From Eutreptiella sp. 'Long Island Sound 2002' (lineage: Eukaryota; Protista; Euglenida), in contig OZ038379.1 in assembly GCA_964036045.1 (NCBI GenBank), positions 4,464,001 through 4,528,000 on the forward strand: DNA of 64,000 nt, given 5' to 3'. Numbering within the stretch: the first letter of the stretch is position 1; each line of letters begins with the position of its first letter. The notes under the pieces are model-generated. The model was not told the origin of the DNA. It worked only from the letters and a program-made list of their open reading frames with translations, and did not search any database. The position numbers were made by a program, and so were the translations under genes. Below, one piece after another: positions 50,101 through 61,200 of the stretch.

Positions 50101-52540
50101 AGCCAAAGCACAGTCAGCAACCACCTGGTGTGGTACAGAACTGGTCTGCGCTGCAGTGCAGCAAGAAAAACACTGAACAATGTGGTTATGACCATGCGCC
50201 TGTGACACGGGGGCGTATGCGAGCCCAGTTTCCGTTGCCTCATGGCCCCATCACCCGAGGCATTCCCATGGCACCAGGCTGCTTATCCTTTCGTTCACAT
50301 GATGAAGCACCCGGAATACTTCCCGACCCCCGTGTGAGAGCGGTTCAGGTCTTGGTTTGGCAAAATTGGTCTCTCCTATGAGCCGAGGCACCTCCCCTCT
50401 ATACAACTCGGTATGGTAAGAACTGCCTCCCTCTCATTCATTGCTTGGGCGGCCAAAGCATTCTCATTGTTACGCAGACAGGCACCGCTTGTCAAGCCCC
50501 CAGCGAAAGTAAGTGAACTGCTGATATGGCAAAATGTTTTCTGTTGCAATGGACACAGACACATGTACTACTGTTCCCCCCTCATCAGTCAAGGAGTCAC
50601 AACATGGGGAGCATTCTTCGGAGAGCATCACCCACGAAACCACTGCACGCTTCCTCGAACTTGGAAGCCTGTCTACAGTGCGGCACACCGAATCTTAAAC
50701 ACGGCCACATCGCCGGAAATTTTTGACGTGCTGGACACATGGGCCCTGTGTTGGGGAAAAGGATTTTTCCTAAAATTTGTCAGCCCAGACCCAGACACAC
50801 CAAAACAAAAGCCAAACTGGGTCTGGGAGGAATGGGTCAAAGCAAAACTCCACCCGACAACCAAGGAATTTGTGCAGCGGGCTGTGTGGCATAAACTCAT
50901 GGTCCATGACTGCATTTTTACACTCACAGGCACCACCAATTGCCCCCTCTGTAGAAAAAAGAAAGCTGTAAGGCACGCTCTCTCGGAATGCAAAATTTAC
51001 CCTCTGATTTTTGACTTTTTAAATAAATCACTAGTTGTGCCTCGTCTCAACTTTTGTTTGCGTCTCCAATGTTTAGGCAGTTTTCCTGTCTTGTCTTTTC
51101 CTGTCCTGTCCCAAGTCCTGTGCAGTTTTCTTGTGCTCTGCTTGTGCAAACTTGGGGCCCCACCAAGTCCCTGGGATCAGTGGACGACCCGGATGATCAT
51201 AGCACAAGTCCCTTGAATGTTAAAGGCATGGCCTAGCCTGGCCGTGAGTTCCACTCACTCACAGAACACGTTGGCCAACTCCTCTGGGTGGCACGAGAGG
51301 CCCACTGGGCATTGCGGTGGCACACCAAAGAGGGGGGGGGGGGGTCGCAACATTGCAAAAATTCTTGACAATATGGGTTGGCATGCTAGCAAAGTGGACC
51401 TCCGTACCAAAGGGGGGGGGGGGGGCAAACCAAATGGCGTGACTGGATCGAGCGACTGAGACTCTCCATCCATGACAGCGTGAAGCACCCAAGGGGGCTG
51501 TGGCAAGCCCCGCCCCCCATGGAGGGCTCTAGGAGAAATGGGGTGATGTAGGGGGTAAGACATGACATAGAAGCAACGGTCACGGTGCACTGCCACGAAT
51601 TGCCTTCCAAGCGGGCAAAAAAACAATCAAACGCGGAATTTGCAAGCCAGCAGGTTGCGGCGGCAGCAGAGGTTGGTATATGTGGATGGCTCGTCCAAAT
51701 CATTATGGAAGGGAAGTAAATACAGGGCGGGGGGAATTGGAATCCACTCACAAGAGGACACACAAACAGGAAAAATCAGCATATCGGAACCGCTACCACC
51801 GGACCTCCGGCAAACCAATAACGTAGCGGAACTCTGGGGGGGGGGGGGGGGTACAAGTTCTGAAAAGAGTACCGGGGGATACACAGGCCATTTTGTCGGA
51901 CTCGAACTATCTGATCTTGGGGGCACGGGGACATGTTCACTCATGGCGTGAAACGTCGTGGACCGGCCCAGGGGGGGGAATGATCAACAACATCTCAATC
52001 CCGGAAAAACTGCTTTTGGAAATTTTGGAAATGGAACGACCAAGCAGAATTCTGAAGTGGATCTATGTGCCGGGGCACGCAGGTTTAGAGGGAAATGACA
52101 CAGCGCACAGACAGGTAGTGGAAGGAATGTGCCTAATCACACTGTGGGCGCTGCCATGCACAGCCTTTTCACGAATGACAGATGACACACAAACAGCCTA
52201 TGAACAATCGCCCTGCCTTGCAGCGACCCCACCCCCGGAAAATATATATGCGGTGCAGGAAACCACTGTGATTGGGGTGGAGGACAGCACAGACAGCTCG
52301 CCAAACGATCGCCCAGGGGCCATATGGCTATCGCTGGGCTTGGTTGAAATGGGTGAGCCAGAAGAGGGGGCATCCCAGGAACATGAAGCCACAACGACGG
52401 GCTTACTCCACTGTGGTACTTCGAGCACTGATGACAGTAAGCCGTATGGATGGGCAGAGGGAACCGATTACAGCACTGATGTCGGCGACACTAACAAAAA
52501 GAAGACCATGGCCAGTAAGAACAACAAAAAGAGGCCCCCC
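47150..52540 (+). mobile_element. Decayed non-LTR retrotransposon (LINE) ORF2: RT, Cys/His knuckle, RNase H (boundaries approximate)
   Basis: SPGVDGIPAEIL, LRPIAL, PEQTGFIKNRSI and SIDFRNAFPTMSH (48586-49146). PLSPALF and YEDD (~49290-49395). INLQKT and LGIRLG. CPLC...HALSEC (~50940). VYVDGS, RQTNNVAEL, SDSNY and WIYVPGHAGLEGN (51670-52100). Many stops and frameshifts. Confidence 0.88.
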
Positions 52541-53099
52541 CCCCTTACTGGGGAAAGGGGGGTGGCCCAGTCTGGCCCAAGCTTCCCTCTCCCGCGCTTC
52601 ACTTAGGCGCAATCCATAAGTACTAAGAGTGATGTGATGCAAGCCCCACCCCCCACGGAGGGATCTGAGTCGGACTTCTCCACAAAACTCGGTGGCCAAG
52701 AATATAAAAATCGACAGGAATCACCGACAGAGAGGTAGCACATAAGCATAGTAGCACAACACCCAACGTCAGTCCTCCAGTCGGGGGTTCAAGGATGGTC
52801 GGGAAGCCCCGAACGTCCCGAACTCCCTAACAGGACACTTTGAAGGTAGGAGGACAAATGCACGGATAATGGACACATTGTCGTGGCACTATAGCGGACA
52901 ACCACCCAGCCCTGGGTTCCCTGGAGGTAAGTTCGAACCCTAGGGGGCTCATAGTGGGGGAGTTTGGCGACGCGGTCCATAGATATCTCCCTCCCGTCAG
53001 CCACTTTGTTTTACACTTAAAATTTTGACCCCCCCTCGCAGACAAAGGAAAACACACCGTGAGGAAGGAGCATACGAGAAATACAGTGAGCACACGCGT

Positions 53100-53859
53100 C
53101 ATAGTGCTCTTCAGGTTGGAGGCCAGGTGCGCAGGAGCCTCCTGTGGTTTCTACGGCTACGTACCGACGCGTCACAGGCAAACAAACAACGGTGCCGAGC
53201 TCTGGGCAGCACTGGAAGCCCTACAGGGGTTTTGGGTGCCAAAATTGGCAATCCTCACCGACTCACAGTATCTGCAACTAGGGGCGACCGGCAGGGCACA
53301 ACACTGAAAATCAAAAGGGTGGACGACAGCATCCGGCAAGCTGCAAATCCACGTGCCCGTCTGGGAAATGCTGCTCCAAGAAATGGCAAAGCCAGGAAGA
53401 GAAGTCAGGTGGGAACACGTCCCAGCACATATCAACGTGCAAGGGAATGAGGTGGCAAATGGATTGGCGATGGAAGGCATGTGCTCCAGTCCACTGTGGT
53501 CCCAACAGGTCACACAGCAATTGTCATCCGGATCGGAATCCACGGTGGGGTTGAGAGGAGGGTCTGGGTCCGAATCAGAGGACACCAAAGCGCTGTGGTC
53601 GTCCTTGGGCATGGTACCCATGGACAGTGATGAAGTGACAGGGGAAGCCTCCGGGGAACCAGCACCACACGAAACAGAATCATGCAAATCGTGCAGTTCG
53701 GGCAGTGAGGAAACAGGGGCAGGGTACGTGCAAGTGGGAGGATGGGAAGAAATGTCTGAAACTGAGTCACAGTCCTTCAGCACGGATGTGAGTGACACAA
53801 GGCGACAGCGTAAGAGGCGAAAGTTCAGGAAAAGCAGAAACCTTGGACAAGGTCGCTAG
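53100..53859 (+). mobile_element. 5'-truncated LINE copy: RNase H and C-terminal tail
   Basis: RQTNNGAELWAALEAL, ILTDSQY, WEHVPAHINVQGNEVANGLA, ending FSTDVSDTRRQRKRR; one internal stop. Confidence 0.85.
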
Positions 53860-54095
53860 CAACTGTGCCCGTGAACTCCGCATCTTGACTGCGGTATCTC
53901 CACAGGTTTCATACCTGCAAATGCCTGAACGCCCGAAACCTGCGTCCTGACGCAGGGGAATTTTTGACGTGAGCTCCGCGTTCTGTCGCGAAGCACAGCA
54001 ACAAAGAGGCTTGGCGACGGCAACGGCTGAGTACTAACACAAACTCCGCGTCCTGTCGCGGAAGAGCTCTCTGGCGTGTTGCCACCAGGAAAGCC

Positions 54096-54720
54096 ATGGA
54101 AGCAGTGGGTGCCCCAACACCATCGACATGGCCCATACACATAAATCAATACAACCCCCAAGAAAGCCAAGCCCCAGCAAGAATGCCAGCGTTTCAAGGT
54201 GCAAGCACTGAGCCAGCTAGACGCCATAGCGGAAGAAGGGTTGAGAGCTGTCAATGCCGAGCTAACCACTATGGCCTGGGCCCGTAATCAGCAAATCTGG
54301 CTCCGACTGGACCAACCTCACAGCACCAGGATGCACTGTGAAATTGTGGACAAACATGGAGAGCCACTGCTGATGAACAACCAAGAACTCTACTCAGTGA
54401 TGGTCCAAATCAACTAGACCCTGAAGACTCAGGCTCTGACGAACATGCAGGTTCAATGGCTACCCAAGAGTGCAGGCAAGTGGCATCCGTTCCAGTGGGA
54501 GGCAATCCTCCACTGTCCGACGGCAGAGGGACACAGAGTGGTGCCCTCCTCTATGAGCAGAAATGGAGACTGCTTGCATGTATGGCTGACGGGCCGAGCT
54601 GATCTCATGAGGCTGTTCCAAAAAACGCTCTTCAGGCAAACAGACCCGGTATCCGGAGACGCTGTACGGTTCCTCTACACGCTGCTGAGCACACCGCCAT
54701 GCGAACGGCGATATGCCTGA
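54096..54720 (+). pseudogene. Unknown ORF with one in-frame stop (possible retroelement ORF1 remnant)
   Basis: ORFs 54199-54417 and 54445-54720 share a frame and are separated by one TAG; protein-like composition. Confidence 0.35.
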
Positions 54721-54769
54721 CAGGAGCCAACAAGCAGGGGGGTGTAAGATGAGGCAGAGACACTGGAGA

Positions 54770-55000
54770 GAGAGGGACAGAGAGAATGGGTGGGGACGGT
54801 GACAAGGAAGAAAAACCCCTGGGGAGGGTGAGGAGAGGGAGAAAGAGAAAGGGCGAAGAGGGAGAGAGAGGGCGAGACACAGAGAGAGAGAGAGAGAGGG
54901 AGGGCGAAAAACAGAGAGAGAGGGAGTGGGTGAGACACAGAGAAAGAGAGCGAAGCCCACAGAGCGAAAGGCAGGGGAGAGAGAGAGAGAGAGAGACCCG
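54770..55000 (+). repeat. GA-rich low-complexity tract
   Basis: Runs of (GA)n with a purine-only bias. Confidence 0.85.
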
Positions 55001-56106
55001 CAGAGCAAGGGTTAGAGACTAACCGGCACTGTGGGAGGGTGGTGGGTGCGAGCTGACCCAAATGTACAGATGGCCAAGGCCAAAGCACAATCAGCAGCCA
55101 CCTGGAGTGGTACAGAACTGGTCTGCGCTGCAGTGCAGCAAGGCAAAACACTGAACTGTGTGGTGATGACCATGCGCCTGTGACACGGGGGCGTATGCGA
55201 GCCCAGTATCCGTTGCCTCATGGCCCCTTGCGCAAGCACCGTCTTGTCTAAGCACGGTCTGACCGTCACTTTTACCGAATTTTCTGACCATGGCTTTTAC
55301 GGTCAGAAAGTTGGAAAGAGGGGAAGAGGGGCTGTTTCATGCTTGTGATGAGTCTTCCTGCTCATAACAACATTCTGCTTGGTGCTGCACCCCACTGCTC
55401 TTTGTTTCGGTGTGATTTTCACCCATGACTAATGTCGTTACCCCTGTCTTGGCTGTCACGTACATCCGTTCCACTGGTGAGCATGCGCCTGCCACTATCA
55501 TCGGTCGTTCTACTCGTGGGGAAGATTCCACAACCAAGGAATTACAACTTGGGAGCGCCCAGAGTTGCCCCCATACCCCACGGCCCCGTCAAAACCGCCC
55601 TGTTTTGACTATTGTGCTTAGGGTGAGGTATGGGTAGGTTTTCAGGACATGCTTTCTTTTGGTCCCATGCGTCGCGCGGTTGCACCGCCTTGTCTAAGCA
55701 CCAGGACCCGGTCTGACCGTCACTTTCCTGACCTAGCTGGTGCTTGCACAAGGGGGGGGGGGGTACTTTTGTTGAGGCCTCATTTTGTAGGAGTTGTTGA
55801 TTATCGATCATTGACTAACGGTGAGTGAGGCCTGTCCGGTTTTGTGGAGGCATTTCTTGCCCCAAACCCTTGACCACCCTCCACAACCATCCACAATAGC
55901 CAATTTCATGGCATCAAACCCCAAACACATTTTTGAATTACGGCACTATGTCACCACTACTTTGCGGCCGAAGATCTAAGAATGGTAATGCAACAATTCT
56001 GAAAGATCTGAGGAGGGCACATGAGGTTAATGCGTAGGCGTGGTCCGGACCTGGCCTGGGTCATGTAGCTGCTGCGTTCACCTTGTCACCGACGTTACAT
56101 ACCAGA

Positions 56107-56123
56107 TTTGTTTCTTCTGCCAG
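56107..56123 (+). promoter_or_regulatory. Putative (trans-)splice acceptor inside the old transit-peptide coding region
   Basis: tttgtttcttctgccAG, 28 nt upstream of ATG 56152. Confidence 0.45.
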
Positions 56124-56151
56124 TACTCCCACCACCTGCAAAGCATCGACC

Positions 56152-58014
56152 ATGGCTCCAACAATTGATACTGCATCGCTGCCACGTTGGGACCTCAGCA
56201 AGTTCGGCTTCTCTTCTCCCTTCTCGGAGGATATCGACAGTCACCTGGCTGAGACTCGCAAGCTGGCCGAGGCCTTCAAGGCCAAGTATGAAGGGAAATT
56301 GTCGGAGCTCTCGCTCCTCTCGGCCATCGAGGAGTATGAGCAGATCTCCATCCGACGCACCTTGGTGTCGTCTTATCTGCACCTGTCATACGATACTGCC
56401 CTTGAGGACGATGACTTAAAGAAGCGCAAAGGCGCCCTCAGTCAGACTCAGAGTGAGATTTATGGCGATAACCTCGAATGGTTCAGCCTTGACGTTGCCG
56501 AGCTTGACGACGCCGACCTTACCAAGCAGTATGGGGCGGAGCCCAATCTGTCAAAGTACAAGTCGTTCATTGATGAGCTTCGCAGGCAGAAGCCTCATAA
56601 CCTGTCGAAAGATGTTGAGCGCGCTCTCACGGTACGTGCCCCCTACGCTGGAACCCGTCCTCTAGTCAGCTTTTTCGACAAGGAACTCTCGCTCATGCGT
56701 TTCAAGATCGACGGTGAGGATGGCGATGAAGTGAACATGGAAGTGCTGTTGTCTCGCATGTCATCGTCCTCGGATGCTGCCTTCCGTGCCAAATGCTTGA
56801 AGGCTCTCAACGACAGCTTGGCCGGATCGGTATCGCGCACGGCTGCTCTTAGTCTTTCCGCCGTCTCGGGCTCATGGCTCATCGAGAACAAAGAGCGCAA
56901 GTACGTCAATCTTCGCTCTCGCCGTAACCTCGACAACAATTGTCCTGATGAGGTGGTTGACAGCCTTCTCGATGCCGTCCGAAAGGCCGGCCTCCCGCTC
57001 TGTAAGAGATACTATGGTCTCAAGAAGGCCATACTGCAAAAGACGCAGGGCCTCGAGAAGCTCAAGTGGAGCGACAGAAACGCCCCGATCGACATCGGAG
57101 GCTCTACGTCCGACAAAATTTCGTGGGAAGATGCGGTGGCCATGGTCGAGAAGGGTTATCACAAGTTCTCGCCGAAGATGGCAGATCTGTTCAAGAGTAT
57201 GGTGGATGAGAAGCGAATCGATGTGCCCGCTACCAACGGCAAGAAGGGCGGTGCCTACTGTGCCGGTGCAGTGCCCGGTGTTGGTCCCTTCCAGCTCCTC
57301 AACTTTGATGGAACCAAGCAAGATGTTGCGACACTGGCTCACGAAAGTGGCCATGGGTGCCACGACATTCTTGCCTACAGCCAGGGATATCTGCAGTACC
57401 ATCCTCCCCTAACACTTGCTGAAACCGCCAGCATCTTTGGCGAGATGATTGTCTTTCGTGATCTTCTCAGCCAAAGTTCCAGCAAGGAAGAGGAACTGAC
57501 GCTCTTGATGAGTAAAACGGATGACATTCTGAACTCGGTCGTCAGGCAGTGCTCCTTCGACCGCTTCGAGGAGCTGGTGCATACAGCTAGGGAGAAAGGC
57601 GAGCTCAGTGCCGATGAGATGGTTAAATACTGGATGCAAGCTTTGCGTGAATATTATGGAACGGAGGCTGACGATGGAGGAGACTCTCCTTTTGATTCCT
57701 ACGATGACGCCTCGCATCTGTGGAGTTATGTGCCTCACTTTCATCACGTCCCGTTCTATGTGTACTCGTATGCTTTTGCGGACCTCGTCGTTGGTACATT
57801 GTACAATAACTACGTTCAGAACCGTGAGGGATTCGAGGGCAGGCTCATTGACTTGCTCTCCGCTGGTGGAACCAAGGACTTTGCCGATGCTCTTGCGCCA
57901 TTCGGCCTCGACCCAACTTCTCCTACTTTCTGGATTGATGCCCTCAATGCTCATCTCGGTGAGCTAGTGAACGAAGCCGAGAAGGTTGCCAAAGAGCTTG
58001 GGTACGTTCAGTGA
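56152..58014 (+). CDS. pepF: Oligoendopeptidase F (peptidase M3B), 620 aa from the first ATG
   Basis: N-terminal LPRWDLS, GKKGGAYC, zinc motif TLAHESGH (57340-57354), third ligand in LAETASIFGE (Glu 57421), and WSYVPHF...FYVYSYAF. Intact and intronless. Confidence 0.93.
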   Translation: MAPTIDTASLPRWDLSKFGFSSPFSEDIDSHLAETRKLAEAFKAKYEGKLSELSLLSAIEEYEQISIRRTLVSSYLHLSYDTALEDDDLKKRKGALSQTQSEIYGDNLEWFSLDVAELDDADLTKQYGAEPNLSKYKSFIDELRRQKPHNLSKDVERALTVRAPYAGTRPLVSFFDKELSLMRFKIDGEDGDEVNMEVLLSRMSSSSDAAFRAKCLKALNDSLAGSVSRTAALSLSAVSGSWLIENKERKYVNLRSRRNLDNNCPDEVVDSLLDAVRKAGLPLCKRYYGLKKAILQKTQGLEKLKWSDRNAPIDIGGSTSDKISWEDAVAMVEKGYHKFSPKMADLFKSMVDEKRIDVPATNGKKGGAYCAGAVPGVGPFQLLNFDGTKQDVATLAHESGHGCHDILAYSQGYLQYHPPLTLAETASIFGEMIVFRDLLSQSSSKEEELTLLMSKTDDILNSVVRQCSFDRFEELVHTAREKGELSADEMVKYWMQALREYYGTEADDGGDSPFDSYDDASHLWSYVPHFHHVPFYVYSYAFADLVVGTLYNNYVQNREGFEGRLIDLLSAGGTKDFADALAPFGLDPTSPTFWIDALNAHLGELVNEAEKVAKELGYVQ

Positions 58015-58435
58015 GATATTGAGTACAGGTAGAGTGATAGATTTGAGAAGCGCATGAATCTAAGAGACCTAAGCATTACCACTAGTAGCCGCAGACATCT
58101 TCTGTGCTCTTTTCCTGGCCTTCTTCTTTTCTCTCGCGGCCAAAGACCCGACAAATGTGGTGAGGAATCTATACAGCCCTTCGAATCCTTCATCCCTTAA
58201 GTAATTAAGACATTTGACCTTACCTATTACCCCATATCTCGCAGGAACCTTCGTTCCATCCGTTTTTTTTGATTTTCAGCTCAGCATGATCTTTTATGGA
58301 ATGCCATCATGGCGTCGCAGTTGCATCCCAATGCATCCGCTAGTGACAGATTTCAGGTTCAAATATACATCCCGCCGTCGTTGACGGCCCGTGGAGTCTC
58401 CGCATGGGATAATATATGTTGTACTTCACCTACTA

Positions 58436-59500
58436 CACAGAACCGGCCCATCTGGCTGAGCACTTACGAGGCACACGTAAGTCGGAGCGAAAAACTTGAC
58501 CTTCAGGGAACCTGAGCAGATCCGCAGATAATGATTCAGGACCATCGTTGGCACTGCGCTGGCGTTTCTTCTTCAAATACTTGTCAAGAAAGTGGGAAGC
58601 ATAACCAGCAAAGACAGCTCTGTGAGTGATGGAAAGCGCAGCTGCCACCTTTACAGTCAGATGGCAAATGATGCAGGGCCAACGATGTCTCCCGAGGAAT
58701 GTCTGTGAACAGAATTGAATTCATTCTCGCCATGCCATCAGCTTGTCCCCCATCCAGAAAAGAAAGCGGAGAGCATTTCGATAGGACTGACTGGAAACAA
58801 AGCAATTGAAGATGACGACTCTTTCCAGCCCACTTATTTCCCCGTTTTTATCCGGCTGCATACGCTTGGTGTGCTCTTTGCTTTCATCTGTTTGAATACG
58901 CCCTGGTATCTGGGAAGTGACGCACAAACATGATTGGTACACAAAGCGATGCTGGACGGGAAAATCCGATAAATGAGGAACGAACTTGGCGCTGCTACAA
59001 AGTTGCATTCATCACAAATACCGCAAACGGCATCGTAGAAGTCCAAGGCCGATAGACACACTAACTCGTGACCACTTCCATCAGAGCCTCCTTCCGACAT
59101 CAGCCCACCAAGTAAGAGATTGCCACACCCATTGGATGAGCTCTTGGATAGCCCTCTGCTTGTACTCTGTTGCACTCACACAATTTGCTCCTGATCTATT
59201 CCTATTTGATTTTGGTTTGTCCCACTCAAGTCGCCACCATCGCTGAATTGGCAGCGCCAGTAACCCGGATACAATGGTAAACTTAATCCTTGGCCAGATA
59301 GTCCAGAACACGCCTCTTGAAATCGCCGAAGCCCAAAGCCTTTTGCAATGGAAGAAGATCGTTGCAGATTGTCCTTCCAAGCTTGTCAATGCCATCCCAT
59401 AGCGGTAGTACTTCATCTGGTGGCAGTGTATCCGTATGTCTGGCCAGAGAGGCTGACACTCGAAGGACACGAAACTTTCAACAGGTGATTTTAGACATAT
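58436..59500 (-). pseudogene. Probable decayed protein-coding gene of unknown function, convergent with pepF
   Basis: Protein-like stretches in alternating minus frames (LPPDEVLPLWDGIDKLGRTICNDLLPLQKALGFGDFKRRVLDYLAKD*VYHCIRV; ELVCLSALDFYDAVCG; YRNALRFLFWMGDKLM; YASHFLDKYLKKK), broken by stops and frameshifts. No homopolymer G-runs. Confidence 0.45.
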
Positions 59501-59957
59501 GCGGAAAGAGCCGCCTAAGACCAAGGTCGAGCCCGTAGTTTCCGTGCGTGCACGTGTGTGGGTAATGGGGGGGAGGGAGGGACCCTGTGTGTGGGTGGCC
59601 AGTGTGGCCTAATGCTCCAGCCGCGGTGGGGAGGCCCAAGAGCTGGACACTGAGCGCACCGGGGAGTCTTGGGCCAAGGCATCGCAGTCCTCCAAGTCAC
59701 AGAGACATGCTGCCTGAACATCCTCGATTGCAATTGCACGGGGGCAGCTGTGCGCAGGGCACAAGAAGGTGGATCCACGCTCCGACTGCCAAACAGCACA
59801 AGTGGCATTGCTTTGCTTTGCAAGCCGGGTTCCGACCCAGGTGACACACCTGCAAGGCTGGTTCGTGAACAGAACCATGTTGAAACAGGGGCCAACCCTC
59901 CAACAACTGCGTGTAAGCTGCCGGTGGTCAACAAACAGGCACTTGAAGGAGGGCAGC

Positions 59958-60909
59958 GGGGCCTGCAGCGCGGGCGCCACACCACGGGCTGGGGTCTGAG
60001 CGAAGGTTAATGCCGTATGGATCCTTAATGTCTTGACCACCACAACCCGCCGCCATGGAGAAACAGAAATGGTGGGGTCAAGACAGCGGCTTGGCGGACC
60101 TTCATGAGAAGAAGGAGAAGACCGACACTGCATCATGCGGTGAAGGATAAACGGGTGACTGTCCTGGGCCCCGTAAAGCAACCAGAGATGGACTTTATGT
60201 CACACAGGGGGATCACCCACGCGTGACGTGGGCCTTCGTGCACACGGAGGGACAACACGTGCTGTTGTATCAATAGCAGCCGAGCCACCACCGCCAAGGG
60301 AGCAGCGGGACTAGACATAGCTGCGGCGCTGGGCGTGGTGCCAGCGGCTATGGAGGACAGTCCACGCAGAAGGCGGAACTATGCTCCCCCTGCACAATCC
60401 GTGGGGAAGAGCTCCCGGGCCTGGGCAGTCTCTGGATGTGTTGCGGGGATGCCAGGTCCGGTCGAGCACAGGCGCTCATCCGACGGCCCGCAGCGGTGTT
60501 GGGGATGGTTCCCGATGGTGTCCGGGAGCCGGGCATCGCTGTGATCAGTTGAGTGACCTAGTTGCTGGGGTCCTCCTGACAGGGCTAAGCAGACCCTAGT
60601 GGTGAGTGCCATACTTCGCTTGAGCGAACCGGCGGGGGGTTAATCGCCGAGACCACCACTGGGGGCCTGCAGCGCGGGCGCCACACCACGGGCTGGGGTC
60701 TGAGCGAAGGTTAATGCCGTATGGATCCTTAATGTCTTGACCACCACAACCCGCCGCCATGGAGAAACAGAAATGGTGGGGTCAAGACAGCGGCTTGGCG
60801 GACCTTCATGAGAAGAAGGAGAAGACCGACACTGCATCATGCGGTGAAGGATAAACGGGTGACTGTCCTGGGCCCCGTAAAGCAACCAGAGATGGACTTT
60901 ATGTCACAC
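59958..60909 (+). repeat. 248-bp direct repeat (59958-60205, 60662-60909) around a 456-bp spacer
   Basis: Essentially identical copies at offset 704. Confidence 0.92.
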
Positions 60910-60929
60910 GGGGGGGGGGGGGGGGATAA

Positions 60930-61200
60930 GAAACGGTTGATGCAGGAGTTGGAAGAATCTACAGCCCAGGGCTGGATGGTGGCCTACACCGATGGATCAG
61001 CGGGTCGGTGGATGCACGCAAGCATGGTCGCGGGTGTGGTGTGGAGAGCAATCTCAAAGGAATCACCGCAATCATGTAACAGCACATGAGAGGCAGAGGA
61101 TTAGTAGGGGGGGGCTGCGGGGGGTGTTGCATGCGCTGTTGCAACGGCAGCCATTAGACAGATTGGTGGTAGTCATCGACTCAGAGTATGTCGATAACAG
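60930..61200 (+). mobile_element. Decayed RNase H fragment of a LINE
   Basis: WMVAYTDGS...LHALLQ...LVVVIDSEYV. Confidence 0.7.

Noticed and set aside
54460-55151. Leu/Ser-rich and Arg/Glu-rich ORFs
   Set aside because: Translations of the GA-rich tract.
58436-59524. TGA recoding: one minus frame is interrupted only by four TGA codons
   Set aside because: Neighbouring intact genes end in TGA (58012-58014 and 40239-40241), and the protein-like stretches switch between frames, which fits a frameshifted pseudogene better.
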